A stretch of DNA of 64,000 nucleotides from Acanthaster planci (Eukaryota). The stretch lies in contig NW_019091360.1 in the NCBI RefSeq assembly GCF_001949145.1, positions 3,825,816-3,889,815 on the forward strand. The letters are read 5' to 3'. Of the stretch, positions 13,701 to 28,700 are shown piece by piece. The notes beneath the pieces were generated by a model that worked only from the letters and a program-made list of their open reading frames with translations, ran no database searches and was not told the origin of the DNA. Made by a program: the position numbers and the translations under genes. Position 1 is the first letter of the stretch; each line of letters opens with the position of its first letter.

Positions 13701-16700
13701 TCTCAGGATCAATTTTACTCAAACGTTGAAGCTCTGTGTGAGCGCAGTACTACGGCGCAGATGGTTGTCTGTCCAACCAGGGTCCAACAGAATAGTATAC
13801 ATGTATACTTCGCACTGTTTTTGTCACACCACGACTTTAAATAGTTTAATGGCACAGAAACTATTTGCCACTTCCTGTAGACAAACACGTATTCGCCATG
13901 ACTGAAGAGGGTTTAACCTTTGACCTTTATTCCTTTAGAGGCGAACTTAACGTGCAGGTCATGTTTACTGGTTTGCAAACTTGTATATCTTGTCAAGGAA
14001 AAATATACAGTGGAAGATAAGCACTAGAGCACTTACATATACATAGACATTGATTGCATTAAAGTGTATTGTAGTCGGCACACTAAAAACTTTGCATTCA
14101 GTCAAAAGTTTTGTTGGAACAATAAATGTTCTTTTCGATCAAGGCCGATTTGTCTTCCTGTTCTAAATATAACGTTCACGGGTTCATTAATTAAGCCTAC
14201 TTCATTTACATCAAGGATACGTTTTTACTGACCTTTTGCCGTTTCCTATGACATATTTGTATACTAAATGCCCAGTTTTGGTTTAAGAATTACCTTGAGT
14301 AAAGAATTCTGTGAGGTTATGTTTTGAACTCAGTTTGCTTATATAATGGTGCTCATTATGTAGACTTAAATCTTTCTAATAATCGTTGCAGGATAATTAT
14401 ATCTCTGCAGGATTCAACCATTAAATATACAACTACAAAGGGCGGAGTAATGCATATACAGCACGTTTATGCCCCTTTTTCTTGTTAAGTGTCAAATTTC
14501 AGAAAAAGAAATATAATAAACATAAACTATCGATTCATTCTTAAGTCCAGATGTGCAGCTAGTGCTATCGCTTGTTGGGCTCACAAAATTTGACTGTTTA
14601 TCGCTGCAGAATATTCTAACCCTTGTCTGGCAGGAAAAAAAGCTACATAAAGAGATTGAAAAAGCTTTCCTATTTTGGAAGAGGCTAAACTGGGCCTTGT
14701 GAAATGGCCCGACAATTTACTATTCAGCAGAACCCTAACAAGTTGAAATGACCTCGGCAAGTCCTTGTCGAGGCTGCAGTGTCTTGACTGAGATTGAAAG
14801 ATTGTATGTTGTTGTTGCCTGACTGTTTTCTGTTTGCTTGCATTCCGTACATAGCTTGGTCGAGAAACGAGTCATTGAGGAGCAAGTCGGACCACAGGAG
14901 AGGATACAGTCAGACCAACTCGACCCGAGTAGCTCTACGGATGTGACTACATCCTCAAACAGGCAGAAACAAGAAAAAGTTACCCTTGCTAATGATTTTG
15001 TTACTGCACCCCAAAGCAAGGAAATCCAGACGACTTCAAACCGATCCGATTTGGATTATCTCTCTGGAGGAGACAAAAGTTCGAGTGACTGGACACCGAG
15101 GTCATCTCCGTGTACCAGCACCGGCGTGAGTCCCAGCTCGTCTCTGCTGGAATTGGATTCGTGGTACAAACGTGGACGAGCCAGTAATTTTGACATTCAT
15201 CACCAGGCCTCGCGTCAGAGCGGCAGTAGCACCGGCAAAGTCACTGAACGTATCTCGAGATACGACGAGAGACTAAAAGGACCCAAACAGACTGTGAACA
15301 GCGCCCGGGCAAATTTACGGTCGACGGGAACGCGTTCAGGGCGAGCAGCATCACCAGAAGGTAGTAGGTTTTCTAAAACAGCAGGAAACACTCCTTACGT
15401 TTCCAATGTTGAGAGGCCTTCTAGACTGCGCCTCGCAGAGCTTGAATCCAAACGGAAGATTCGTTCGTCCAGCGAGCCTCCCCCGGAGTTCCAGCACAAA
15501 CGAGAACAGATTCTCACGCGTCATTCCAAACCAGAACAATCCAAAGCCGGCAAGAATTACACTAGCAGGGAAACTTACGAACAACTGTTGCGGAGTTCTC
15601 GAGTTCCTTCCGCCGACGAGGGCTCGGCTTCTCGATCACCAAAGCCGCAGCTTGCAACAAAGATCTCTGTATTCTCAGGCACTGGGTCGAACGGGAAAAC
15701 GGACAAAAAATCCGGCTCTGAATCAAAGCCAGATAAGAAAATCTACGCTGGCAGGGAGATCAAAGTGAAATCTCTGCCCAAAGTGGTTGTCTCGAGAGAA
15801 GAGTCCCACTTGAAAGGTCGACCAATCGAGTCGATTAGGGTGAACCACGATCGGACAAACGGCCGACTGTCAAGCGACGATTCCCTTACGGACAGTGAGC
15901 GGTCCAGCACATCCTCGGGGTATCCTGAACCAAAGAAGCCCGTTTATCGGACGGAGAAAAATTTCGAGCTTCTGGGAGACCGGGCTTTCAACTCTCGGAA
16001 ACCAGGTGCCGTTCTTGCCTGGAAAATCGAGAAGTTTGCCAAGGGGAGCCCTCTAAAAAGTCCACGGGACCTGGAGGAGGAAACACAACAGCCAACCATG
16101 CAAGCACCTGTCAGGAAGTGGAGTCCCTCGAATGGGGCTCAACAGCGAAGATCGCAGTCGGTGGAGCGGCCGTTGTACCCAGGACAAGGCGGCGGCTCTC
16201 TCGCTGCAAGAATTGAGAAGTTCTCCAGCAATACAACAAACACCCAAGATGTGAAACTGAGATCGGAAACACACGACCCTGTGATCTCAAAGAAGTACGA
16301 ATATAGCCAAGCTAAGGTGGCCGATAAGGAACCAAATAAAGATCAAAGGAGACCAGATATAAACTATGCAAAGAAAACCGAACCTACGTCCACGCGACAA
16401 AAGTTCCAGGGTACCAGCGATAAATTGCTGAATATTGAAAACGTTAAACTTACAAAGGACGCCAATCAAGTGCCAAGAACAAAGCAGACATCGGATGCTG
16501 TCATAAATATAACGAAGGGCAGTAAAGGCACGATCGACATTGCCATCCCAGTGGGTAATAACGAGAAGGCAATTGAAGTTAGTAAAGCGAGTGTGGTTTA
16601 TACTCCCCCTCCGGAAAAGAAACATCAAATACCAATGGGGAAAACGAATGGTGATGCGTCCTCTGAGAGTTTAAAGCCAGCCAAAGTGGAAGTAGTTTTG

Positions 16701-19700
16701 AAGTCTTCAGCGAATGATTTATCTGCTGGATCGTCTGCTTTGATAACTTCAATGTCAAGCAGTAAAACCTCGTCCCTGGGAAACGGGTCCAAGGAAAATA
16801 CATCAGAGGCCAAACCGCAAGCCAGCATCACAATGAATCGTCGAGGGGTGTTACCGGGAGGCATCGGCAAAATCACGGCCAAATTTGAGAACGGCAAGGC
16901 GGTGGACACTCCAAGCAAATCAATGGCCAAGATAGAACCGGTAGTCATGTCACGGCTGAGCGATAAGAAACAATTGTTTGACGGCACTGGCAAGGCAAAA
17001 ACTAACGGAAGTAGCGTCGATTACAGGGATGTTCTGTCTTCGTCATCAGCGGGGAAAATGAAAAGCACCACCGTCTCAAGCGCTGGCAAGCCCTCCGTGA
17101 AAATTGCCAAATCCCTGGTCGAAGTGAAAGCAAAGTCACCCTCTGCCCTTGCTTCCCGTTATCAGGTGAGGTCTACAGCAGATGAGAAACCGCCGACTTT
17201 CGTCCAAAAACCCCGCGACCAAACAGGTACCGAGGGGGGTTCCATATACTTTGCCGTCTCTGTCGAGGGAAATCCCAAACCAGATCTGTCTTGGCACTAC
17301 AAGGGGCGTACCCTTAAAGACGAGGGGAGGTATGAACTGTATACTGAGAAGGACCTTTTCTTCTTGGAGATTTTTGACTTGGAGCCCAAAGACGCTGGAG
17401 TGTACACCTGTCGTCTTGTGAACAAAGTTGGACGAGTCTCAGCCACTGCAGAGCTCAAGGTCACAGGTAAGCGACAATTTTTTTAATTGGCTGTTATAAT
17501 ACATTTCATTCAAATTTAAATGTTGGATGTTAATATGGTAGACAAGGCAAAAGATACAAAAAAGGAATGTACTTCTTGTATTCAGTGTTGTGTGTATTCC
17601 TCTCTGTTAAAGGGCATATTTCCTTTTTAGATACCGGTAGTCATCCCTACAATCGAATTATTCGATCTTGCTGGAATTCTTTATCCTTTCATCAGTTATA
17701 TACACTTTAGAATCATTTTACGGCAGTCAAGGTAATTCACACTAAAAAATCATTGTAAAGCAAACGAATTATTTTAACCCGTTAGACTTTTATTACGGTA
17801 GTTCTGTGTTTATCTTAACTACTGTTCAAAAGATAAGTGTCATAAGAAGCTTCAATAATTTAACATTCTACATGTGTAATTTGCCATGTGTATATCAAAT
17901 GTGCTCTGTATGATAACTCAAGTGTGGGAAAAAAATCGAAGATAACCCATACGAGAGCATTATCTTAAAGAAATGTCCATTATATTCATTCGAAAGTTCA
18001 ACGATAAGACGTCTTTAAATGCGTTCTGTAATTTCAGTAGCAATACGCGTCTACCCTATTACGTGTATCTCAAAATACCAAACGATGTCTCGTGGAATGA
18101 GTCAGTCTATACGGCCAGTTGTATCAAATTTGTGGAATTTAATACTCAAGACTCTCTCTGAGCAATCCCTTGTGGCGTAAAATGCCAGGAGGAATTTCCC
18201 ACCGCCAAAGTGAGGCCCAGAATTCATGTAATATTTACATATCCCCTGAGTTCGTGAACGATGCGGAATGCCTGTTGCCTGGGCGACAAATTGCTCCCTG
18301 ATGTGGAAGTAAAGGCGTCAGTTGTCAGGGATAAGTTGAGTGGTTGTGGGGAGTCAAATTCTTGATGTAATCGAATAAGTCCAAACCCACATATTTTCAA
18401 GTGTCGTTTACATTCACAAAATTCATTGTATCATAAACCTCATAAACCGCTTGGAAGACAATCTTATAATTAAAGTCATGCCGTTGCAGTAATATATTTT
18501 CATACCGTTATTAGTGAACTAATGTAACTTTGAACACATTTCTGCTGAATCGTTCCTCATTTAACCCTAACCCCCAGGCCTTTTTACAAGGAACCATCCC
18601 GAGTCCTCCGAAATCCTTCAAATTTCAACATGAAAAAAATGGCATTCAGCCCAAATCGTCCAATATCCTCCTTAAGTTCTTGAAAATGTCAGTTGGAGGT
18701 GTGCCTAGCTGCCCAAATCCTTCAAATCCTCCGGCAATTCCTGTCATGTTGAGGCAGTGCGAATGGCACTCTTGAGCTGTGGCCGAACTTGTGCTTGACT
18801 AGGCACAAACAACATAAGGTCTAATCCACGACCTTCACGTATGGCATCCTTCGAAATCAGCCATGTACTTTTGCCATACACCCTGGATCCTCAAAATTCG
18901 TCCACTTTACAGAAAAGGATCTTGGAGCATTTGGGAGGTTTAGGTTTAATAACATTACTTTTACAAAAGACTATTCCCCCAATATGTGTTCGTGTGAAGT
19001 GAATATCAATACATGTATATGTATTGCTCGATTAAGAGTGTTGTTTATGGATGCATAATTGTAAAGTTTTCATTTTTTTCTGTTTGTCATTGAATCAAGT
19101 CGTTCCTTGGAGCTGCATACACCTGCTTATAAATCCTTTTGCCTGGCAAACAAATGAAAGTTTTAAGCGAGGTACAACTCCTCAACGAATCTTCATGAAG
19201 ATGTCGAATGTTCTAAATACCGAGACATAACCATAACTATCGGAATGATGAATCGTGGACCATTTAATCTGGGGATTTATAACCACACCATCGTATAAAA
19301 ATGTTGTCTCAAGTGTTAAAAATGAGAGTTGTTGGACTTGAATTTCTTTGAATTATGTAGGCCTACCATGAACGGAGACACACATTTTTGTCGTTATTTT
19401 GGAAATATGTTATTCTTTATACCTCTGAAAGTACATATTATAAGGCTCTATATATCAGCATATAATAATGGCAATTCCAATGGTTCGTTTCTGTCTGATT
19501 ACATCATATTTTCCAACAGACAGGGCTCAAATTTTGTTTAAAAAGCACGGGCCAATTCAACGTTTTTAAACATAAAGTTTGGAGGCCATTTGGGGGCTTT
19601 TACGTATAGTCAAGTGTCCCTGTAATGCAATAGTCTTCTATATCACGCTTATTTGGCACCAGACAATAACCCAGCTCGTTCTCCTTACAATCCATTGACC

Positions 19701-22700
19701 GGATCCTTCTCGGTCAGTGGTGGGTTTTCAGGAAACAGGTGTTTGCCATCTACTTCTTGTTTTTTTTCGGGTGTTTTGTTAAGAGATACCCTGAAAATGT
19801 AGATAATATTTCAGTCATTTACTTTATCTCGCCACTGAACATGCGTCAAGGGTATTAAGCTTCTCGGTGACCTTATGTATCTTTTTTGGAAAGAAAAAGC
19901 AATTTGAAATGAGGTCCTTGAACTCAAACTTCAACCTTTGTTTGAAGTTCAGTGAGGCTCCGGTGATGTTTCATTTTATTTCCTTCATTTGGGGAAATCA
20001 CACAAAGTTAATCTTTCCAAGAGCGTGCAGAAATAGGCAAGTATTTTACGGGCGTTTAACAGTTAGTTGCGTTCATGGACCTGTATTCCAATGACATCGA
20101 ACATTGTCAGGGACAAAATGTAGCGATGTGTGTGGCTGACATGACAGTAATTGTACTGACGATCCACATCTTGGATTGCTTTATGCTCGAACTGCAGGCT
20201 GCTCTGGATACACCAGCCTCGTCCTAATTTCCTTTGCTTGTTATTGTTAACATTCTACGTCATCAGTCATGGAGACGGTCTTTTAACTGCACTTGTTCTG
20301 TTTGCTTTTTTTCTCCTAGAAAAACCCAAGCCAGTCATTCCAAAGGGACAAGCTCCATCTTTTCTTCGCAGGATTACGGACTGCGAAGTTTGCGAAGGCG
20401 ACAGAGCCGTGTTTGAGTGCAAAGTTGCAGGCGACCCCTCCCCTGACATCACGTGGATCATGGACGGCAAAGTGGTGCAGGAAGACAGACGCCATCAAAT
20501 CACGCGCAAACCTGACGGTACATGCGCGCTGGTCATCAGTGACGTCACGGAAGAAGATGATGCTGTGTATACGTGCACTGCTAAGAACGGCTTGGGCATG
20601 GTCTCGAGCACGGCAGAACTCATCGTAGGTAAGTGAAAGGGAGAGCTTTTGCACATCACTTTTGCAAAACGCTCAAGAGCTGAATGTGTTCAAAACAAGT
20701 ATCTCCGATATGGCGCCTGTCTCGTATCAACTTCACTTTCACAACGATAGTTTTAACCTGTTTATCCTGCAACCGGCGAAACATTTGACAGATTTGCGAA
20801 GACAGATTTGGTTGCCTTCTTTTGTAACTTTGAAAGTTTTGACTGTTTTAATTGCAGAATTCGATACTGTTCCAAACCCCAAAGAACCAAAGAAAGAGGA
20901 AGTCATTGAAAAGGTTTCATCGAAAGCACAACCTAAAACATCAAAAGTAGAACCCAAACCTGCGCCAAAGAAGGAGGAGAAAGTTGAGAGCGCTTTGAAG
21001 GATGACACCAACAGTTTGATGAAGAAACAAGATGAGGAACCTCACGCTGAGTAAGGATATAATGTTTAAGAATAGAAACCCGCTGAGAGTGATTTGTGAA
21101 TGAACCTTCCCAAAAAACAAGTGCGTGAATGGGATAATTGGTAACTGATATAGTCCTTAATCTTTAAGTCTCATTCTTTCTTTCCTGTTAAGCAGCTTAA
21201 ATTTCCAAACTTATCCTGTCTTAGCTCCTTCTAATTCTAAGAAAGACGGTTTTCATGGGGTTGATAAGCCAGTAAATTCGGCGTATTTATGATCCGATTT
21301 CAGGCCATCGCAGATTGTTCATCATCAACCCCGCCGTTCGTCTCTCCAGTCCGCCGCCCCGGCAGCCAGACCTCCCGAGTTCATCCTCCGTCCACGCTCC
21401 ACTCACATCACGCCGCCTGAGACGGCCCGCTTCACCTGCATGGTGAAGGGCTTCCCGACACCCACGGTCACTTGGAAGAGGAACACGAAAATCTTGAAGG
21501 ATGAGGGAAGGTTTGAAATCTATCAGGATGGAGGAGAACATTTCCTGGAGATTTATGACACCGTAGATGAAGACGCTGGGCGGTATACCTGCGTCATAGC
21601 CAACGAGTTAGGCAAGACAACATCGAGTGCGAATATTGCCCTAAGAGGTAAGCAATTACCAAACCAAATTTTGGTTGATTTTTTTGATGCGTTGTTGAGA
21701 GAGCATTGAAGACGGTCATGGTGTAGAATATCAACTTCGATTCAAAACTTTGCTTTTTTTCTGAGTGGTTAAAGATACAGACCTAAGTCATCCATCTATT
21801 GAGGTGTCAATTCTTGGACTTACAATCGTAAAATAAAGTATCAGTTTATTATTCCTGAAAGTCAAGCTTATCGCCTTTGATGGGTGTTTACTTTATACAT
21901 GTTGCCAATTTTATTTACAGGCAAAGTTACAATGGATATCCCGCCGAAATTCATCCAACGTCTGACAAACTGCCGTACCAAAGACGGTGGTGTGGGCCGA
22001 TTCTCATGCCGGGTATCAGGCGAGCCGGCCCCCACGATCCAGTGGCTGTTTCTCGGTAAAGAGATCTCCCCGGACGATGATATCTACGAGATCACGTTCG
22101 ACGGGGAGAAGGCCACGCTGGTTCTACCCGAGGTATTACCGGAGGATGAAGGAGAATATGAGTGCATTGCACGCAACAGGGCTGGTCAGGTGTCGTGTAG
22201 AGCCAGGCTAAGTGTGGAGAGTGAGTACAATTTTTATGAAGATGAGAAGAAATGATTAAAAAAAAAGGAATTCAAGCTTTGTAGTTGTGCTGCACTGGTC
22301 ACGATTTTAGTGTTCACCCCATACTGTATCGTCATACTTAAGTTTACAATTCCGTGATCCGTTTGAGCCAAAAAAATAATAATCTGCTACTCAACTTCAG
22401 AATTTTTCTGCAATTCTTTTGCTTAGGAAAAATCATTGACTTTATTTCTAGAACAGTTCTGAGCTTTTTATGCAAGTTTTCTTTCCTGTCGGCTCTGACC
22501 AGTGGCTTTTTTGTTTCGCAGTACCCCCCACTGAGCCGGTAGATGCGCCGGAGCCTGTCCTTCCAAACGAACATGCTGCACCAACAGAACCAACCAAGAA
22601 AACACCCTGGCCTTTTGAAAGAAAGACTTCTCGGACGGAGATATTCCTACAGAGTACTCCATCGGAATCGGAAGAGGAGGGAATGAAATCCACAGACGTA

Positions 22701-25700
22701 CCCAAGCAAGAACAGGTATTCGATTACAAAGAAGACACGCAAACGGCTTCGTCATCTGAATCGGAGGAGGACGTGCCTAAAGCTGAAACTTTGGAACACG
22801 AAATGCAAATAATGGATGTTCAGGAAGACGTCGAAGCGAAAAAGAAACCAACAGTTGATAACATTGGTAATCAAGATGCAGAAGGAAACCCTGCAGAACT
22901 TGAGTTGGTTCCAGATTCTGAACCAGCTGTCCATTCGAAGCCGACGAAGCAGCCCGATGAATTCTCTGTCGATAGATCTTTAGCCGACTCAGACACCGTT
23001 TCTGTTCAGATAGAATCTAACCAAAACGAGCCAGAAGCTTCGAGTTTTGACCTGAAACTCGATCTGGAGTCAGAGTCAGAATCAGAACTGGAAGCGAGTC
23101 TGAGGATCGTAGAACCCACTAAAGACATCATGAAGGCCCAGCCTGAAGAGTGTCGTGATTTGGAAAGGGTGGACACAGCCGCCGAGTTGCAATCCGAGTC
23201 GCATCTTGACGGCCTGTCAGAAATCGACGTCTCGGTAGCCGAGAGCCACGATCTGGAATCCATCACTGATGACAGAAACGTAGTTTTTCTTGGCGATGCT
23301 GAGGCAGAGCCGGCAATCGAAGCGGAGACCACGACTGACGAGGAATCTACCCCTCCAGCGACTGAGGCTCAGAGCAAGCCCGAGTTCTTACAGACACTGA
23401 GTGACGTGGAGGTCATGGATGGTAGTCCCTTAGCACTCACTGTAAAAGTCACAGGTATTATGATGATCGATACTGAGTTTACTTGGTTATTCATATTTGC
23501 TCCCAAGTGTCTTTGTTTGAAAGTGATCTGTCTAGCTGCGTTATCATCAAGCTTTGTGGATGACATATATCAATGTTCTTTGGTCAAAGTATTTGCTGCA
23601 CTGCATTTCAGTTGCCCTTTAGATAAATTGCAGTGAATTCACCCACCGAAAAACACTCAATTTGAATCACGCTATAGAAAATTATGTTCTTTAGGGTAAC
23701 ATTTGTTTGTATTGTTAATGGATTTCAGGCATCCCGGAACCTGAGGTAATGTGGATCTTTGACAGCTGCGAGATTTTGGAGGATGATGACTTCAAACTTC
23801 TTCACGACGGTGAGCTTCATTCCTTGGTCATTCGCGAGGTGTACCCGGAAGATGCTGGGGTGTACATCTGCAAGGCGTTTAACGCGGCTGGTGAGGATCA
23901 GTGCTCAGCTAAGATTGTTGTCAAAGGTGAGATGACTTGACTAAATCAGAACTAGGACTCAATAGGGGAAAATTAAATTAGTGATAATTAGTACTTCTGT
24001 ATTCCTGTCTGGACTGTTGAGCATTAAATGTTCTTCAGTGTAACTACTCGTTAAATTACAAAACGAAAATGTATTTGTAGTAATAAATGATAATTCACAT
24101 TGAGCATAAAGGTTCTTGTTTCAAAACAGTAGGACAATCCTGAGTACATGTTCAACTTTCTTATACTTGGCTTTTATCGTACAAACCTGTCATCACTTTC
24201 TCCTTTCTTTAGCTTACTTCCAAGGAGTTTATCTCTTCGGATCGCCTGTTCGTCCAATATCCTCTATGTCAGCTGTATGGTAAACGGCTGTACGCATGTT
24301 ATTTCACAACCTCCCCCCCCCAAAAAAAATAATAATAATAATACTTCAAACTAGGACTGTGTCGTTGGCTCCTGTGATGTAATACAATCATGTAATGTGT
24401 AACGTTGTCATGCATGTTGGTGTAACTTGTACGGGTTTTCTCCCTCAGACAGCGCTCAATGTGTTTCATTTGCAGCATGCTAGTTTGCGCTATTCCATGC
24501 TGGTGAACTAGTTCATTACATTTCTTGCAATATTTCGTGAATCTGTTTACAGTTAATAGGTTGACTGTGAGCTTTCTCTTCAGTCGTCTGTGATAAAACC
24601 GTATTTCTGGATGTTTGCAGTGCTGTGTGCAAATAAAGTAAAAACTCGGGAGGAACTGCCACTTTGATCTCACCAGAATCGTTTTCCACCTTGCAGAGAA
24701 AAAAAACCTGTTAGGGTGTAAATGTCATACTGCTCTAGCAGTTGTTGATTTGAGTTGGTAAACTGCTTTTATTTCGGGTGTAGTAATGATCATAACGCTA
24801 CAACGTACTTCAAGGAATGCACCTTTCTGTTTTTTTTTAGATCCTGTGTTGCAGGGAACTCCTCCTAAATTCACACAGAAGCCACGATCGATGACCGTAG
24901 ACGAAGGCAGTAGCCTTCGTATCACCTACAAAATAGAAGGCGACCCCGAACCTGCTATTACCTGGTCCAAAGACGGTCGCATCATCTCACCAGGGCAGCG
25001 CATCCTCATGAAGAAACTCGGCATTGGGAGCTTGAGGATCTTACAGATCCCTGCTGCTTTGTCAACCGATGCTGGGTCTTACAGCTGTATGCTCAGTAAC
25101 GCCTTCGGTGAGGAGAAGTGCAGTGTGTCCGTGGTCGTGCATCCATTGGAGGGGGAACAGACTGATTTTCGACAGCTGTTGAAGTCAAGGTAAATCCGAC
25201 AGGATGCACCAACGGTTAGACGTTTCTGATGCCAACATGTAATTGGAGGTACTTCGACCACGGCAGTTAAAATGACTCAGGACCCAGTGGGAATTTCTTT
25301 AAGGAAGAAATAATAAGTCAGATTGTATGTTCTAGAACAGTTTAAAAAGGAGCCGTGGTGACCTTTCATGTTTCGTGACTCAAAGTCAGTGAAGTTACAA
25401 GCTTTCTTGTCTATTTTGTCATAAATATGTATGGAGAAATTTTCGAGCCGTAATCCTCAGAGTGTATGTGTTAACCTTATCGACAGGGCGATATGAGTTT
25501 TATTTGTAACATTGTGTTAAAATTTAGTTTTGGTTTGCCTCGTTCGTCTCATTTTAATTGCTGTGCATGTGCATTTCGGAACAGACCCCGACTTCAGAAC
25601 ATGAACAACAATAACACGATCAAGGACAACTCTGACAAAAGTTCACCCGAGTCAGAAGCTCAGCAGTTAGACTTTCGTCACGTGCTCACGCGTCACGTGC

Positions 25701-28700
25701 AGACCAAAAAGGCGCCAAAGTTTGTGGAGGAGCTGCAAGACGTACGCACCAAGGAGGGAGAGCTGGCGGTGCTTCAGTGTCGAATAGAGGGGATTCCCAA
25801 ACCGACCATCGCCTGGACTGTCGATGGCCGGGAAATTCGAGAGTCCAAATACTTTAAAATGACAACCGAAGGTGCTTTTTTAATTGGTTCATTGCAGAAG
25901 CGCACGTGTAAACGTTCAAGTAATGAATGAAATTATAGATCATGCAGTAACGTATTTGAAGGACCTGCAGTTAGGAAAAAGACCAGTATGAATATAGCTT
26001 TTACAAATTACCAACATCACGTAAAGAAGTTACAGAGAACATTAATATATTACATTACAAGGTAACCAGTACCTCTGTGAATTTTAAAAACTTTTGGTAT
26101 CGTTTCTTATCGGCATAAATGGTTCGGAATTTGTAGTGTAAAATAACTGTACGCCATCTTTTTTTACGCTCTACCCAGGTACTTTAGTGAAACTTACGAT
26201 AACAGAGGCATTTCCTGAGGACGAGGGTGAATATTCATGCATTGCGTCCAATACAGCTGGTCAAGACAAGACAACGTCAGATCTCAAGATTATCCGTAAG
26301 TTCCCGGATTCCAATGATCTTTTGGTGATAGACAAAATATTCTAAAATACTTGGAAATCATGATTTGTTTTTTCTGCTTCAGTCCGTATTGCACTCGGGC
26401 CTATCTTATATTTCTACGGATTATCTTCTTTTTTTTACAGTAATAGTTCAAAAACTGTTTATTTATGATTTGAAACAATCCTTTTTTTGCATCAACGTTT
26501 CTTCTGTGTAATTCTATGCAGCATGGGAAGAGGATGAAAACGATGATGATGAATTATTTATCAAGTCCCAGGAATCCTCTAAAGTTATCGATAGCCCACG
26601 AGACCATCTTGATGAAGTCTTTAAGAGGACTTTAACAATATCCGAGGATGACGATGATGAGGTTGCCGACAATCCAGACGCTCCTCCCCATCCAGCCATC
26701 ACAATCACCGAAGCATCGCCCAAGAAATCCAAGAAACCTCCCCCAGTTCCCGCCAAAAAGACTTCCCTGACGCGCATGAAGGCGCCCTCATTCGACGAGC
26801 CAGATTCCGAGCGGCCTGGCAAAGCCGCTGAGCCGAGAGCAAACACGAGCGGCGATGGAACAGCTGACAGCGAACCCCCGACTCGACCACAGTTTGTTCA
26901 AGGGCTTTGCGACAAACAGATCGTGGAAGGCACTGCGGTCGTGCTGGAGTGCCGAGTCACGGGCGAGCCTGAACCGGACATCTACTGGTACCGTGACGGA
27001 GTGGAGATCGGGGAGACAGACCCCAAGTACCGCTACGAGTTCGAAGGCGAACACGGTGTGTCACTAGTCATTAATAATGCCAGAATGAGTGACGCTGGGA
27101 CGTACACGTGCAAGGCTGTCAGTGCAGCTGGGTCAGCCGAGAGTTCAGCTCAACTCATCGGAGGAGGTCAGTTCATTCCATTTTATCTTTTCTTTAATAG
27201 TTCATTTGAACCATCACCCTACCTCAGTTGCCTCTTGGTGTCGGGTTTTTTTTCTCTCAAATTTTGGATTGCTTGCATCGTGTGTGTGCTTTGAAATACA
27301 AAATCAAAAGACACGTTTATTTTCAAATGATTTGTCACATTTTATTGTCACAGATATTCCTGCTTATCGAGTGATGGTTGGTGTGAGATATAAGACTAAC
27401 TAATGAAGGAATGCACTTAAGATATCAACTTGCTTACTTGGTCCAATCAGTGTCAAGTTCTGAAACCGAGTATTCCTGGGAAATTTGATTGTGTTTAAGT
27501 TCTTGGCCCTCTTCCTTACAACGAAATCAATATGCGCAAATAGTGTAAACTTCAAAGTCAAAAACTGCATTCCTTACGCGAAACGAACACTGCGGCATAA
27601 ACAGAAAGCTTGGATTATTACTTTAGGAAAGCGTACGCACAGGGCAAATGCTTGTTAAAAAACAGCTTTCGCCTAGAGCAGAAGTACAATAAAATGTTGA
27701 AACCATTTGTAGGACGACTAGCTAACCTTCAATCTTAGTATAGACCTCATTACATCCAACCTTTGCATTGTGTAAACACAAAGTTCTTTTGCGTGTCAAC
27801 CGATTACGAGTTTTCAACGATGCACGGAACTATTCAAACACACCTCCAACTATTCATTTTATTATTCCTCAGACCTCAGTCAAACCTTTTGCAAACAAAT
27901 TTGGATAATTCAGGTGTGCTACATTACGTGGGCAGGGACACACCTTCAAAAACACCTGCGCCAATCTGTTATCGTGTGATAGGAGCCATCTGTAACAATC
28001 GCTGTTGAGAATTATGTTACGATGTTTCTGCAAAATGTGCCGTAGCTTTTTTTTAAGTTTTTGTTTGTTTGTGTTTCGTGAAAACAAATACGTTCCATGA
28101 TTAGCTGAAAAAGCATAACTTTTGGCTCAAAGTTCAGTCTCAATTTCCACTTGCACTGGACGGAATTAATTAGCATGAAGGGGGTCTAATTTCATTTGAA
28201 TGTTTAAGAAAGAAAAGGCACGGCTTCCAATTGTCTTAGTGCGAGCACACTGTCAAGTTTATAGCTTTAGAAATTCGGTCGATCATTATGAAAACAAGCT
28301 CAGTGTTATTACAACATGACCAGCAAAGGCTGGTTGAAGTCTTCTAAAAAGAATTATCAGACTGTAACCACAGCTTCAATTAAATTCTGACGCGGCACGT
28401 CGCACATGATTTAACCTTGTTCGGATGTGAATGATGCGGTGGAGTTGGTCATGTAACAAGACAGACAAGATAAATCCCACGTAATTCAATTTTCTTCGTT
28501 TTGAAGCTTTTAACGTCGGTGGATATGTCGATGCTTATGCGCCAATCAAGTACATGCCGTGGGTTCCGTTGGCACGGTATCCCCCTGCGGTGACATCTGA
28601 CTTACACATTGCTCAATCTCCTTATCGGTTCTCGTCATGTTTTGATGGGCATTTGCCGCCCTAATCTGCCGTTTAAGTCCAGCGCATCGTCGTGGTTGGA

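Noticed and set aside
14669..14678. Perfect CArG box CCTATTTTGG upstream of the giant exon
   Set aside because: A single 10-mer of this degeneracy is expected by chance in 64 kb of AT-rich DNA.
18561..18574. Telomeric TTAGGG-type repeat
   Set aside because: Only about two units.
24213..24279. Possible small exon between two Ig exons
   Set aside because: The available donors give phase 2 or 0, incompatible with the phase-1 acceptor at 24841; the flanking exons already join in frame.
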